Shown here: in pieces, positions 13,801 to 24,932 of the stretch
Layout: each line of letters opens with the position of its first letter
Numbering within the stretch: position 1 is the first letter of the stretch
Assembly: GCA_965645245.1 (NCBI GenBank)
Contig: OZ287082.1
Span: 1,612,001 to 1,676,000 of the forward strand
DNA: 64,000 nt
Direction: 5' to 3'
From: Massalongia carnosa
Taxonomy: Eukaryota
Made by a program: the position numbers and the translations under genes
Notes under the pieces: generated by a model
Seen by the model: only the letters and a program-made list of their open reading frames with translations
Databases searched by the model: none
Told to the model about the DNA's origin: nothing

Positions 13801-14236
13801 AGACATTCTCGGAGTGGGAGTGTTGAGGATAGCCGAGATGTCTGCTTATAGAAAATGGCACTAACCCCAATGCGCACTAGCTATTGGAAGTATTTGGATT
13901 GGCCACCTTGGGATTTATCATCAACATCCCGCGTCTGATATTCTAGGAGACATTCGAACATTCTACAGTGGATTGATAATGAGGCAAATATGTCAGCTTT
14001 GAAACTCCGACAAAGACGAGCTTACATATCAGCATTTGACTGACCGATCACATAGAAAGTGGGAGAATCGTGCTCAAGGCAGGCAGCGGTATATAATGGG
14101 CTATATGCCCCCATAGATAGCCTCAGTCATTTTCAATCAATCATTAGTAGCCTGCCATTGGATCAGCTTGATCATCGCACGTACTTTTTGCTGTTGTTTC
14201 CTACTTCCACCCCTATAATCCGTAGCCTCCGCAACA
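10814..14236 (+). mobile_element. Copia element A, lacking RT/RNaseH
   Basis: 416-bp LTRs at 10814-11229 and 13821-14236 (TGTTG...CAACA, no differences seen); TSD AGAAC; PBS GGTTATGAGCCC; PPT GGAGTGGGAG. Confidence 0.95.
11282..13792 (+). CDS. Copia Gag-protease-integrase polyprotein (836 aa)
   Basis: Zn knuckle CFYCDKAGHIKTDC; protease WVIDSGAS; LWHARMGH; integrase SDYWGP, RSDNAKEY, PEQNGVAER. No YVDD or RNaseH motif. Confidence 0.92.
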   Translation: MSSSTPQQTPGPEIVVKDRSDGADGRITSGAGVRDVKVPKLTEENYRTWSKIMKNNLIGKKLWSIVIGRIVCPDETRPSDLEAWEFNNATAMTYIMTAVDDRQLQHIIRLDTANDQWETLNRIHRDIGLTRLIPLSRRLCGYKAGPSDSVEQIASELRTIAAVMAEIRPGEEPSEFLLARILMDSIDGTPYAMARALLEDKGEITMTMVIEKYKEVESRNKDEISTPEIANKASSSRKFTGKCFYCDKAGHIKTDCFQWLKTDEGREHKRKNENAYQTNDSKRRGKSSGSRGRKTKKSDEARLTQENDARSEESDSEYARAATEVEDFGLMAQNKDAVPAQEEFALVTRNDDAVPLEKLKEWVIDSGASRHMTPDRGIFVNMMLIRTTVRVADGTVISSIGRGDILIRMRNGEKIRLTEVLYVPELDTNLLSIRALQTKGISVRFGLNGVEITRGDALLATGVLIGSSYLLRPAREDVALVTDMITTKKKHIPNPNRDGYLLWHARMGHVGPGRLEKLPFLTTGVGNSIKHQHDGEKCVTCKYTKMTKIISRMPPLKATRRGERTYSDYWGPYKVMNLQGSQYFLSFIDDYTRRSEVYFGPRSSLRENFYRYKAKFEAETGEKLALIRSDNAKEYHALKKDLLNEGILMEFTDPYTPEQNGVAERMNRTLMQMVRAMQLWAGLPREFWGEALMVANYLRNRLPTNTHGGKMTPYEAWYGRKPDLNHIRTYGCLVHARIPSEKRDKMDVVSFQGIFVGYHSSKQYRVYNPVTKKIGWHAAPEFFEDWPGGPLLNAPSRAGTRDYWLEMRGEHTSVIWPMVLGTGPGDDTDSRGYARA

Positions 14237-14283
14237 AGAACAATTAAGGAACTGCTCCCGCTAAACTGGCGGTTTGCTGTGCA

Positions 14284-14519
14284 AATGGCCTCTTTAGCCG
14301 CTTCCCTCAGGGCCATATATTCGGCCTCGCAGGTGGATAGGGCGACGGTGGGTTGGAGCTTGGAACAGTGAGAAATCGGGGCGCCTGCTAATAAGAATTT
14401 ATAGGCCCCTGTCGATCTTCTCCCATCTTTCGTTCCAGCATAGTCGGAGTCCGAGTACCCCACAATGTCATCCTCAGTGTCTTTTCTAAATACGAAGCCT
14501 GTATCTAGGGTACTGGAGA
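14284..14519 (-). pseudogene. Copia RNaseH fragment, probably the 3' part of element C
   Basis: GYSDSDYAGTKDGRRSTG...QPTVALSTCEAEYMAL. Confidence 0.85.
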
Positions 14520-14770
14520 AATCAAGCTGTATGGGCTAATGTGGAATATGGGTGAAAAGGAGTGGTGTGTATTGATCTATGGGATGTCTAGGCTAGCTAA
14601 CTGAGGGATATCTCATAGGGGTTCGTGGGTCATGTGACCCATGGCGGGTCATGTGACCCCTAATCGCCTGACACACCCCCCCAGCTTTGACCAAAGTTGC
14701 CATGACCGAAAAACCTATATTAGGTGAAAATTTCCATGTTTTACTTTGATTTCTAGTGATTTTGGCCGAT

Positions 14771-17700
14771 TCAATTTGTGGCCGTATTTCCCTTCTTCTG
14801 ATTGGCCAATTTCTTCTGATTGTTGACCAGGTCCATGGCATTGACTAGCCCTAATAGCTTGACGAAATGTTGATGCTTTTGAGGAGGTAGGATCTTGGTT
14901 AAACCATCTGCGACCATCTGATTGGTCGGCACATAGTCAACACATAATTCCCCCCTTTGCACAGATTGCCTAAGCCAGCATTGGGCGACGTCTATATGCC
15001 TCAATTTAGTGTCAGTTTTTCCCATTTCGGAGGTTAAAATGCGAATTGTCTGTAGGTTATCGTTATAGATAACTATATCTTGATCCGGGTTAAATTGTAG
15101 CTTTTCAAATAGATGTATCCACCATATGAGCTCTTTACCCGCATGAAGCATAGACAATAACTCTGCCTCAGTGGTTGACGTGGTCACGGTCAGTTGCTTC
15201 CTAGCGGCCCAGTCAATCATCCCACCAAATAGCTTGAATGTATAGCCCTCGGAGCTTTTCCTATCTGGGTTATTTGCATAGGATGCATCAGCCGTTGCCT
15301 CAAAAACCTGCTTATTAGCCGGAACCGGTCCATGATTTGCCATAGTAGTGATTTCACCGCCCCCTTTGGCCGAGTACTGGATTCCCAGATATTTCGTCCC
15401 ATATAGATAACGTAGGCAATGGTCTGCAGCCCTCATATGACTAGGTCCCGGGTTGGTAAGATATTCAGCTAATTTTGAAGCTGATTTTGCTATATCTGGC
15501 CGAGTCATAATAGCTGGGTAGCATATTGATCCAACTTTCTTCCTATATAGATGCATTCTGGCCGGATCCACCTCCCCCTCATATGGCGCCAGTTCTTCAT
15601 TGAATATGGGCGTTAGAGGTGTTTTAGCCTCCGACTTTTCATCTATGTCATACTCCTTGGCTAATTTATTCATATAGGAGTCCTGAATCAAGTGGATCGT
15701 CTTTTCTTCTATGTTATGAATGACCCGTACGCCTAGAAAATAGGTTAATGGACCCATATCCCGTATTTCGATCATCTTCATGAAACGTTGCACATATTCC
15801 TCGACTTCGGCTTCTTTTTCGGGCCGATACGCCATTACTATGTCGTCCACATAGAAGAATAGTATGATTCCCTCCGTATAGAATAGGCATGGTTCGCCTG
15901 GCACCTGTTTTAAACCTAGTTCTATGCATTTGCCTATTAGCATTCTTAGCCATAGAAGGGGTGATTTTCTTTGACCATATAGCGCTTTTTTCACTTTTAG
16001 CACATTCTTTCTAAGCTTAAAACCATCAGGCAAAAAGCAGTAAATAGGCTCGTCATTGTGAGCGTTTAGAAAGGCGTTAATAGCGTCCAACTGCCTCGTT
16101 TTCAGCCTGAATGCAGCAACTAATGCCATTAATGCCCTAAACACCTTGAAGGCTAATGTAGCTGCATAAACATCTTGAGCATTATCTTGCTGTAGGTCAC
16201 CTCTAACCACTAGACGTGCTTTGAACTTTGCCAAATAGCCGTCCGAATCAGTCTTATAGGTGAAAACCCATTTGAGGGGCAATATTGGCTGTATAGCCTC
16301 ATCTTGATCAACTATTTCCCATGTTTCTTTGTGGAAAAGTGCCTCCCATTCAACGTTAGCTGCTTTCATGAAGTCATCTGCATAGGGATGCCTTAGCAGA
16401 GCTCGCCAATGAGATGGGGGGTCGGGCAAATCATCAGTTCGGAGCTGATTAGTCATTCTCGCCGTCCCCGCCATAAACGCTGTATGAAATTGAGGGAATT
16501 TCGACATTTCTTCTGCTGACCAAGCTCCATTTGCAGCGTATCTAGGGTTTGGTTTCCTAGTACGTTTTCCCTCTATAACGTTTGCCTCATTTATCCCATC
16601 GCTCCTTTTTCCTGATGATTGCTCTATTTCCGTCACATTGAGGGGCGTTCGGCCCGTTTGCGGGAGTTGTGAAGGGTCAATTGTTGATGCCCTCACCTTT
16701 TTGGCCCTTCTTTTATCTATGGAGACATTAGGGCTGATATCTGGTTCAGGTGTTTCTATTGGCGTTTCCAGTTGCATGGGCGTTGATGAGGGAGTTATTT
16801 TCTCCTGTATTTCGTCCTGACTAGGTGAGTTATCTTCTATGGTCAATTGCTCTATACGCTTATTGACTGATAAGTCTAGCCATTCTTCTTCCTCACTATC
16901 TATCTCCTGAAATGCGGGGCGTGGTTCAACTACATGAAACTCTATAAAGCTCGCTTTTTCAGTCTCCTTTAGCAATAGCTCCTTATTCGACGTATAGGCG
17001 CTATAAAGCTCATCTTCGTTGAATATGACGTCTCTATAACCGCTGACATATCCCTTTTCTGGATTCCATATCCTGAAGATATTGGTTGAATCATAGCCAA
17101 CCAAATAGCCAACAAATGCCCTAGGTTTCAACTTATTGCTTTTGGGAGGAGCATCGGCCCCTTTTAGCAATGAATACGCCTTGCAACCAAACACTTTTAG
17201 ATGAGCCAGCTCGTATCTGACTGATTGACCCGGATTGGTCAGTTTCTGCAATTTGACCAATGGGGAGTCCCATTCCAGAGCTTTATTAGGGGTTCGATTC
17301 ATCAGATGGGCTGCAGCTAAATAGCACTCCGGATACAGGTCTTCTGGCATTTTTGCATATTCCCTGATGCATCGAGCTTTTTCAGTTAATAGGGCTCCGA
17401 AACGCTCCGAAACGCCATTTTGCTCAGGGGTATTCTTTGCTGACCATGACCATTCTATGCCTTGCTGACTGATCCATGCTTCTAGGGCTTTTCCTATTGA
17501 TGTTTCTTGCCCCGTGCGAATCGTGGTTACCATTGAATTAATGGAAATGCCAGCTCTATCGCATTGATTGATCAAGCTTTTGAAGATGGGCAATAGGGTC
17601 TTTTCCTTATGATCATTCAATGGATAAACCCATACATATGAGGTAAATTCGTCCGTAAAATGAGCTATACAGCTCGTTCCATCGAACCCCTTATCATTGA

Positions 17701-17953
17701 TGGTTAGGTCAAAATGAAGCACCTGATATGGCTTGATGGCACGCCCTGACGGAGCTTTATTGATGACTCTATGCATTTTGGAGACTGCACACGTTTCGCA
17801 TTGAATGGTCCTAGGTGCGTTTTCACCCCCTACGCCTTTTGAAACTGTCACCTCATCGATCTTCTTTAGCTGGTCAATCACCTCTGGCCGGCAATGACCG
17901 AGGCGAAGATGCCATTTCCATGGAGTTGCTTTTGACGTATCGCGTGGCTGCAC
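14771..17953 (-). CDS. Copia B integrase-RT-RNaseH
   Basis: KWHLRLGH, PEQNGVSER, KARLVVRG, KALYGQRKSP, FFYVDD, ADASYA, HIDVAQCWLRQ, MVADGLTK. Confidence 0.92.
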   Translation of the reverse strand: MQPRDTSKATPWKWHLRLGHCRPEVIDQLKKIDEVTVSKGVGGENAPRTIQCETCAVSKMHRVINKAPSGRAIKPYQVLHFDLTINDKGFDGTSCIAHFTDEFTSYVWVYPLNDHKEKTLLPIFKSLINQCDRAGISINSMVTTIRTGQETSIGKALEAWISQQGIEWSWSAKNTPEQNGVSERFGALLTEKARCIREYAKMPEDLYPECYLAAAHLMNRTPNKALEWDSPLVKLQKLTNPGQSVRYELAHLKVFGCKAYSLLKGADAPPKSNKLKPRAFVGYLVGYDSTNIFRIWNPEKGYVSGYRDVIFNEDELYSAYTSNKELLLKETEKASFIEFHVVEPRPAFQEIDSEEEEWLDLSVNKRIEQLTIEDNSPSQDEIQEKITPSSTPMQLETPIETPEPDISPNVSIDKRRAKKVRASTIDPSQLPQTGRTPLNVTEIEQSSGKRSDGINEANVIEGKRTRKPNPRYAANGAWSAEEMSKFPQFHTAFMAGTARMTNQLRTDDLPDPPSHWRALLRHPYADDFMKAANVEWEALFHKETWEIVDQDEAIQPILPLKWVFTYKTDSDGYLAKFKARLVVRGDLQQDNAQDVYAATLAFKVFRALMALVAAFRLKTRQLDAINAFLNAHNDEPIYCFLPDGFKLRKNVLKVKKALYGQRKSPLLWLRMLIGKCIELGLKQVPGEPCLFYTEGIILFFYVDDIVMAYRPEKEAEVEEYVQRFMKMIEIRDMGPLTYFLGVRVIHNIEEKTIHLIQDSYMNKLAKEYDIDEKSEAKTPLTPIFNEELAPYEGEVDPARMHLYRKKVGSICYPAIMTRPDIAKSASKLAEYLTNPGPSHMRAADHCLRYLYGTKYLGIQYSAKGGGEITTMANHGPVPANKQVFEATADASYANNPDRKSSEGYTFKLFGGMIDWAARKQLTVTTSTTEAELLSMLHAGKELIWWIHLFEKLQFNPDQDIVIYNDNLQTIRILTSEMGKTDTKLRHIDVAQCWLRQSVQRGELCVDYVPTNQMVADGLTKILPPQKHQHFVKLLGLVNAMDLVNNQKKLANQKKGNTATN

Positions 17954-17994
17954 TGAGTTAGCAAACCCTATATCTATGGATTCAGGGTTATATT

Positions 17995-19611
17995 CTATGA
18001 TTGAGAGCCCATAGTTTCACATATTTGTTGCCCTGTCTCCTTAACTATAAGGGTATCAGTGAACATATCCCAGAAAAAGCCTCGTTTTTTCAACTTATTG
18101 GCCGAAACCAACGTCACTGATGAATCAGGAATATAAGCTGTTCCTTCGAATAATAGCTCCCTTTTCTGGCCATTCAATAGGCCATTTACCCTCATTGTGC
18201 CATGACCATGGATTTTCATCTCCCCGTCGGGGGTGTCCACCCACATGTCTGACGAAGTTGGGGTTATCTCTCCTATAAACCGTGATTTATCATAGGTCAG
18301 AGGGTTATCGCATCCAGAGTCAAAGATGACGCTTTTATGCAAGGGGTTATTTGCCCTAGATGTAACGTTCGCAAACGAGAAGGATTGACTAGGCAATTCA
18401 ATGTGATTGCCCTGATTATGTTGATCATTCTCTGCTTTTTGAGAGCTCTTTTTGACTGACTCCTCAGTTATTCCATCTAGTATGTTGGTGTCGGTGACCT
18501 TCTTAATGGCCATGAAAAACCGAATGTTTGACTGAATTTTCTGACGTATTTCATTGCGTACGGTTTTATCTTCCTTCCATGCAGGGGGGCGAGCTGATTT
18601 GACGATATATGGGCATAGCCTGAACAGGTGTATTTTCCCACATACGCACTTTCTATCCTTGAATCTGGCCTCTTTTGATTGGCCATTCCATTGACTTGAT
18701 TGGCTAGGCCCCGGACCTTTATTTTCGTCCTGCATTTGCCCCTGCAGCGAGGCTGCATTAGCTTGATTTCTAGACGTTGCTTGTGCCTCATTCAGGAATG
18801 ATTCCACGGCTAAACGATATTCCCTGGTTGTCTCGTAAAATTCAACCGTCGTCTTAGCAGCCCTATGCTGCATTACCCAGTTTTCACAGAAATTGGGCGC
18901 CCATTTCTTCCCTGATTGGAGAAATTCATTGATGAATATGGTCTCGGAGCCAAATAGGCCCGTTACATTGAGCTCAACAATTTGTCCCTTAATATTCTCC
19001 CAATCAGCTACCCATGCCTCTATTTTACCTTTAATGGGCGGGGTTTTTAGGGCTAGAAATTGCTCATGCAATTGCTCTATGACTTGGTCATCTGACCGCT
19101 TATATCTTGCAGCCAGAATTTTCACTATTTCTCTAACCGATGAAGCCATCTTATTGGGGGGGATGTATGCTCGTGCGGAGCTCTTTAGTGCATTGTCCAC
19201 TATTCTGAGTCCTTGGGCGACCTTCTCCACCTGTTTTTCCTTCATCTTATAGGCTGATATCTCCATTTTATAGTCCTCCTTTTGCTCAGCCGATAAATCG
19301 CCGTATTTCTCAGCCGATTTCGTGGCTATTACAACTCCACCTTCTATAATGGGGTAAGCAACTCCACCTGCTGGCTGTGCTTGAATAGGGACTTGATATT
19401 GTGAAACTTCCGGATATTCTCCCTCTTCGGGCTCCGGTTTTGAACCATTGGGGTCCACATATTGCCATACCTTCGCTTTCTTGGATATTCCTTGTAATTC
19501 CCTAATCCATAGATGATAATTCTTGGGAGTTAGGGCGATCATCGTTGCTTTGTTGGTCTCCTCCATTTTGATCGTTTTGTTGGATCGTTTTGGGAAGAGG
19601 GTTTTATTCAA
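17995..19611 (-). CDS. Copia B Gag-protease, out of frame with pol near 18015
   Basis: CVCGKIHLFRLC knuckle and IFDSGC protease; the protein continues in another frame as YGLSIIEYNP...VQPR. Confidence 0.85.
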   Translation of the reverse strand: MNKTLFPKRSNKTIKMEETNKATMIALTPKNYHLWIRELQGISKKAKVWQYVDPNGSKPEPEEGEYPEVSQYQVPIQAQPAGGVAYPIIEGGVVIATKSAEKYGDLSAEQKEDYKMEISAYKMKEKQVEKVAQGLRIVDNALKSSARAYIPPNKMASSVREIVKILAARYKRSDDQVIEQLHEQFLALKTPPIKGKIEAWVADWENIKGQIVELNVTGLFGSETIFINEFLQSGKKWAPNFCENWVMQHRAAKTTVEFYETTREYRLAVESFLNEAQATSRNQANAASLQGQMQDENKGPGPSQSSQWNGQSKEARFKDRKCVCGKIHLFRLCPYIVKSARPPAWKEDKTVRNEIRQKIQSNIRFFMAIKKVTDTNILDGITEESVKKSSQKAENDQHNQGNHIELPSQSFSFANVTSRANNPLHKSVIFDSGCDNPLTYDKSRFIGEITPTSSDMWVDTPDGEMKIHGHGTMRVNGLLNGQKRELLFEGTAYIPDSSVTLVSANKLKKRGFFWDMFTDTLIVKETGQQICETMGSQS

Positions 19612-19815
19612 CTAGATCAATGAGTAGGAATTGAAGCTTCTATGCTCTCCGGGCTCATAACTATCAAGCTGTATGGGCTAATGTGGAATATGGGTGAAAA
19701 GGAGTGGTGTGTATTGATCTATGGGAGGTCTAGGCTAGCTAACTGAGGGATATCTCATAGGGGTTCGTGGGTCATGTGACCCATGGCGGGTCATGTGACC
19801 CCTAATCGCCTGACA

Positions 19816-22728
19816 GAGGTTCATCGAGGCCCTCATTGTCCTCGCCTCTTGCCAGGGTTGCTAGCACCCGCATCATGTGTTCATGGGACTGGGGCACCTG
19901 ATTTGACCTGAATACGGTGTTGATGCTAGAACGGATGTTCTCCGGTGCTCTTTGACTGGAGACCCTCATTCGTCTAGATCTTCGAGGTTCGATGGGCTGG
20001 CGAGGAGTGTCCTTCACTTCATCGGAGTCATCCTCCCCCTCATTCTCCTCGTCTTGGCCTCCCCCCGAAGCATTTACTCCCATTGAATGGAGCACTATTC
20101 ATGGTGCTGATTGGGTCGTTTCATTTTGAACTTCCGAAATCTCGATATTTCAGAGCTCGGAATTTTCGGAGACAATGAAGAAGGCGGATTATGACTTATG
20201 TTTTCATCAACAAAATCATCTGCGTCATCAAACAAAGCATCATCGTTTTTCTCTCATGGAATGTCGGCTAGTTCCCAGGCCTTTTTGTCCTTGGGTTCAT
20301 ATATATTGCCTTCGTCGACGGTGATATTGCGACAAACATGGACTTTTCCAGTGAGAGGATTGTAAATTCGATACTGGTTGTTTCCTTCATATTCAACAAA
20401 TATCCCCCGCCAGGACCGATCGTCCAGCTTCTTTCGCTTCTCTTTTGGGATATGTACCCACGCCCTAGCCCCGACCGTTCTCATTTGGCTGAGGATGGAT
20501 TTCGCATTTTTCATGCGTTCATATGGAGTGACCTCGTCGACCCCGGGACTTCTTTTCTTGATGTACCCGGCCGTCTTCAGGAACTTCCCCCAAAGGGACT
20601 TTGGGAGCTTTTTAGCCTTCATTATGGACCGAGTGGGAATCATGAGGGTATAGGTTTGCGTTTCAGCCTTCCCATTCTGTTCTGGCACATTAGGTGCCCA
20701 GGCCTCCCACTGGATGCCTTCATTCTTTAGGAAATCCTGGAAGTCATCATTGGTGTACCTCCTAAGTCGCTATGCACTATTCCGAGAAATTCTATTGCTC
20801 GGGTTCGTGGAGTGCGATTTATTTTCCGCTATTGTCTTCCCATCATGCATGAGTCGCATACTTCTTCTGGTATGGGTCCTTCGATGGTAACTTCATTGGC
20901 TAAGTGATTTAATTTTAGGAAGTTGGGGTAGCTCAGGTGGCCGAGTCGTTCGTGGATAGGGGCCTTTGCACCGTTTATAGTGGTGAGGGCCAGTGCTTCG
21001 GTAGCGCTAATAGTGGTTGCCTGCAGAACATACTGATCGTTTATTGTTTTGGCCATGCACCAGTTGAACGGGCTTGTCAGCCGCCATCAGGTACGTTGAT
21101 ATGCCCTTTTTACCGAGTTGAATTGTGCTGATGAGGTTGAATTTATGTCGGGGGCGAAAAGGAGGTTGGTTAAAATGAGATCCGTTACACGTCCATTCCA
21201 GCGTCCAGTGGTACGAGCAGAGAGCCTCTTCCCTCTGTCGATAAAACCTCTCCGGAACCTGTTTCTAAGCAGCTATTTTCGTTCTGAAAGGTCCCTTCTT
21301 GAAAGAGATCTTTATTGCATATAATGTGCGCGGTGGCACCGGAGTCGATCAATAGATCGTGGGCATTTTTGGGGCCTCGGTACAGATTTGCCATACAAAT
21401 AAGCGGTGCTGCCTAGGACTTTCTCCCGAAACATCCCCTCATTGTACAGACCATTTGGGGTTTAAAGATTTCATTACTCCTTCCTCGCAAACGCCTTCCA
21501 AGTACCCTACTTTACCTCATTTTTTGCTTTTAAAGTCGATATACCTGCATGTTCCGGGGTGAAACTTCACGCAACAGTTGCATTTGATCTTACCCTCTCC
21601 AGACCTTGTTCCGTAGGGGTGTTTTTTGTTGTTGGTCTTCCCTTTTGTCTTCAGCACATTGACTGTGGCAATGGGGTCCTGGCGCATGCGAGCTTCCTCG
21701 TCCTCCAAGTTTTTCAACATATCATCCAGCGCAGGGAATTTATCCTCTCGCCGGGCTTTCTCGTTCACTATTGTAAAGTAAGTGCTGAACGAGTTTCCTA
21801 GTTCATTCAGAAGCCTGAGCACGACTATTTGCTCGACAGTCAGAGTCATATCGGTGATCTCGACCTTGATGTCCCTGACAAGGCTTCCATACTCTTCGAT
21901 AAACTGCACTTTTCATACTTTATTTCCTCTAGCCGGTCGAAGGTGCCCCATTTGGCACTCCAATTCTTTAGAATGTACCAGGTTTCTAAATTTTCTCAAA
22001 GGTCTTTTGGATCCCAGACTGCTTCATTAGCTAGGTCCCTCATGAACAGGAATTCTTGCTGCACATCGTTCGTGCATATCTTTCCTATCTTATCAACTAC
22101 CCTCCTTTGTTTCTTCGAGAACTCTAGTCGTTAAAGGTCCCTTTGGTCTCTTTTGTCGAGTTTTTCTTCTGATTCTGATGTTTTCATCGGGTCTCTCTCT
22201 TTCTCACCAGGTTTCTTAGATGGAAAGGGAATCTTTCGGGGCATTTTCCGAGCACCAGTCTCATAATTTCAGAGTTTCGCTTCATGCAGGGCGAAGGCCA
22301 TGTCTCTAGACCATTTCTTATAGTTACCACTCCCCATAAGTTTGGGGAATGTGTATAGACTCTCCCCTTTGGCCATTGTTATTTCGGGTCTGCGAGGAAC
22401 TCTTTGACCATGCCAGAGGGAGTGGTGTAGAAAAGGAGGAAGGGTCTCCTGATATAGGGGGGAGATATTGGCAGGGAATATATATATAGTATAGGATGGA
22501 TAGATGGGAGAGGTGGAGGTATGTTTTGACAATCAATGTGGGGCTTTATCCGACGAAGTGGAATTGAGCCAGGCTCATAATCTCATGAATAGTAAAAATC
22601 ACGTATAGGTATAATAGCATGATTGTCATTGAAGATAATTATCTATGTGGGCTATCTACCTGCTTTTATAGCAGTGACATATCAGTCACATAACAGGATG
22701 CTGTAGACCTCTCATAACTGCCTGTTAG
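19816..22728 (-). mobile_element. Degenerate Copia element C (5' LTR remnant, gag, PR, IN), host of element B
   Basis: PBS-like TTATGAGCC at ~22572-22580; FPKLMGSGNYKKWS, LLIDSGATAH, HERLGH, PEQNGKAE; several frameshifts. Confidence 0.85.
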
Positions 22729-23473
22729 ATTGGTTTCGTCAGGCAAACCGATCATAAAGATATATATCTCTTCAAAGCAGAAACCTTGTACTCTAAAAGA
22801 GATTACGGCGATTGTGGATACTTCTATGTCTTTAGCTCCATAGGTAATCTCTTCTACAGAAGGCACGGATTATTGGGAGCTGCATAAGAGAAAATATTGA
22901 AGCGAGAATGGGGGAAGCAATAGTCTCATTTTTATAATCGTCTATTAAAGCACTAATTTTTTGTCTGTAATGTACGCAGTTGCGTTCAACGAGGCGGTGT
23001 CAAAAACGGTAGTCAATATCAACTTGGGCTCCCGGAAGGCCCAGACAGCCAAGTTGCTCTCTCTTTCGGCTTAGGAGACCCAACCCCGTAAAACGTATAT
23101 GAGACTTTCGAAATAAGACAATCTGTCACTGACAAAGAGACATGTTCTAATCAGACGCTCACACGATATTACAAAGTTTTGTAAGTTTGATTGACAGGAG
23201 AACGAGACATGAAGATAATGCTCTGTGCTTCTTTTTCATTTAGAATTAGGCTTCCTCCGACCTTGCCAAGTAAGATGATTATGTGACAGTGTGGCCCCCA
23301 TCTGATCATTCTGGGCACCCCGTCGTGCATAACTTGTTGGCGATGCGAATCGAAACCTTCCTCTAGGCGACGTTTAGGACGCCGAGTTAATCGCGTAAAA
23401 TCTACTGAATAGATACCCTGAGAATATTAACGGTTACACGATTCTTGCTCCTAATGATGTTGAGTTCGTCAAG

Positions 23474-24703
23474 TCAGGTCGTAAAATGCTTGTCAAAGCA
23501 GCTCGAGTCATCCACAACCTTAACGCCAATGACCAAGCAAGACTTTGAAAAAAGACTAATTCCAAATATTTCTGGCCCAATTTCTTCTCGCAACCCAAAA
23601 GTGATTGGCTCTTTCTGAACAATACCATTGTTCAAAAGTGTCTTTTTAAGATATTTCGAATTTTTGCAGTCGTTCAGTTTCTGACAGATGGTCTCGTCGA
23701 GTTCAGACTCAGTGTCAGACTCTTCCGAGATTGTAATCAAGATAAGACGAAGCATGAGGAAATTTTCCGGATTGAATCCTCGAAATAGAAATTCAAAGCG
23801 ATCATAGGACCAAGCTTCGCCCCAAGGATAGGTGAGGTACATTTCCGCTACACAGCTGGGTAAGATATCATGAAGAGATGTACCAAATTGACTGGATAAA
23901 GTGACATGCTGTAGAACACGAAACTCCTGAAGAGATTGAAGAGAATAAGCTGTATTGGTAAGAAATTCCAGACCTTTAGACTGTTCCGGGAATGCTTTTT
24001 CAGAATAGTCCAGATATCGGAGTGAAAGTCGTCATTACATCCGTTCTCGGCGTTCCAATAAAACGTCTCTAGATTCGAGGAGTGCAATAACGCTGATAGG
24101 AACTCCGAATCGATACATATAGTAATCTCAAGTGTTTTTAGTCGAATAGGTAATTGATACGATTTCCAAATATGTCTGAAATTATGCAAACTTCCACAAA
24201 AAGTCGTATCCTTTCTAAGATGAATCGAGTCTAACTGAGCTAGAAGACGTGTTGAAATTACTGCTAAAAGATGACCGGAAGACATTATGGGGTTCAAGCT
24301 CTTGAAAGAAAGTGCGGGAAATAAAGGACTAAGCTCTTGAAAGAAAGTGCGGGAAATAAAGGACTAAGCTCTTGAAAGAAAGTGCGGGAAATAAAGGACT
24401 TATTGCTTCAATGAAGCGCTGATTTGTAAAGATTGTCGACTTTCCAGTCACACAAAGACGCCTGGCATAGAAAGAGATTCGTGGATTTTTGAATATCTCG
24501 GACAAAATCCTTATAGTGTCTTGCTCTTTCTTTATTTCTAGCTCGATTTTGTGATAAGGTTTCATAGATTGCTGCTCTCGTAGACGTGATACAGAGCATA
24601 GATAAACAAACTTGCAAGTGGATGCGAAATTTAAGATATCACACGGATCGATGTAGGAAATAATTGATGTCATAAGCTCGATAGGCATAGCCATTAAAGT
24701 CAT
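23474..24703 (-). pseudogene. F-box protein gene frameshifted by a 35-bp triplication
   Basis: F-box LMAMPIELMTSIISYI...ILNFASTCK. Intron 23927-23973 joins the 24297 and 23842 ORFs; a single repeat copy would give an open frame. Confidence 0.75.
24296..24400. repeat. Perfect 35-bp x3 tandem repeat
   Basis: aagctcttgaaagaaagtgcgggaaataaaggact at 24296, 24331 and 24366. Confidence 0.95.
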
Positions 24704-24932
24704 CTTCTATTCAATTATGTCAGCGTTATAGATGCTTTTCGTGGATTCAGTGATTTTATTCCCAAGAGCATCTATTACGTTGGTTGCTTCTGTTCGTTTC
24801 TCCGTGGGCACTGCTTTATTAAATCGACCGTGATATTCGCTATTGAGAGGTTCACACTCGTGTAAGAATACTATGCAACTGAGCAGTCGGCAAGCATGTC
24901 TGAGGGGAAGATTAATTAAAGATTCAACCGAA

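Larger units (their letters stand above)
14520..19815 (-). mobile_element. Copia element B, near full length with one frameshift
   Basis: ~154-bp LTRs at 14520-14673 and 19662-19815 (one internal mismatch seen); PBS GTTATGAGCCC; G-rich PPT at 14674-14685; domain order gag-PR-IN-RT-RH. Confidence 0.93.

Noticed and set aside
17953..18030. Programmed gag-pol frameshift in Copia B
   Set aside because: The break lies after the protease with no evident slippery site; a small deletion is the simpler explanation.
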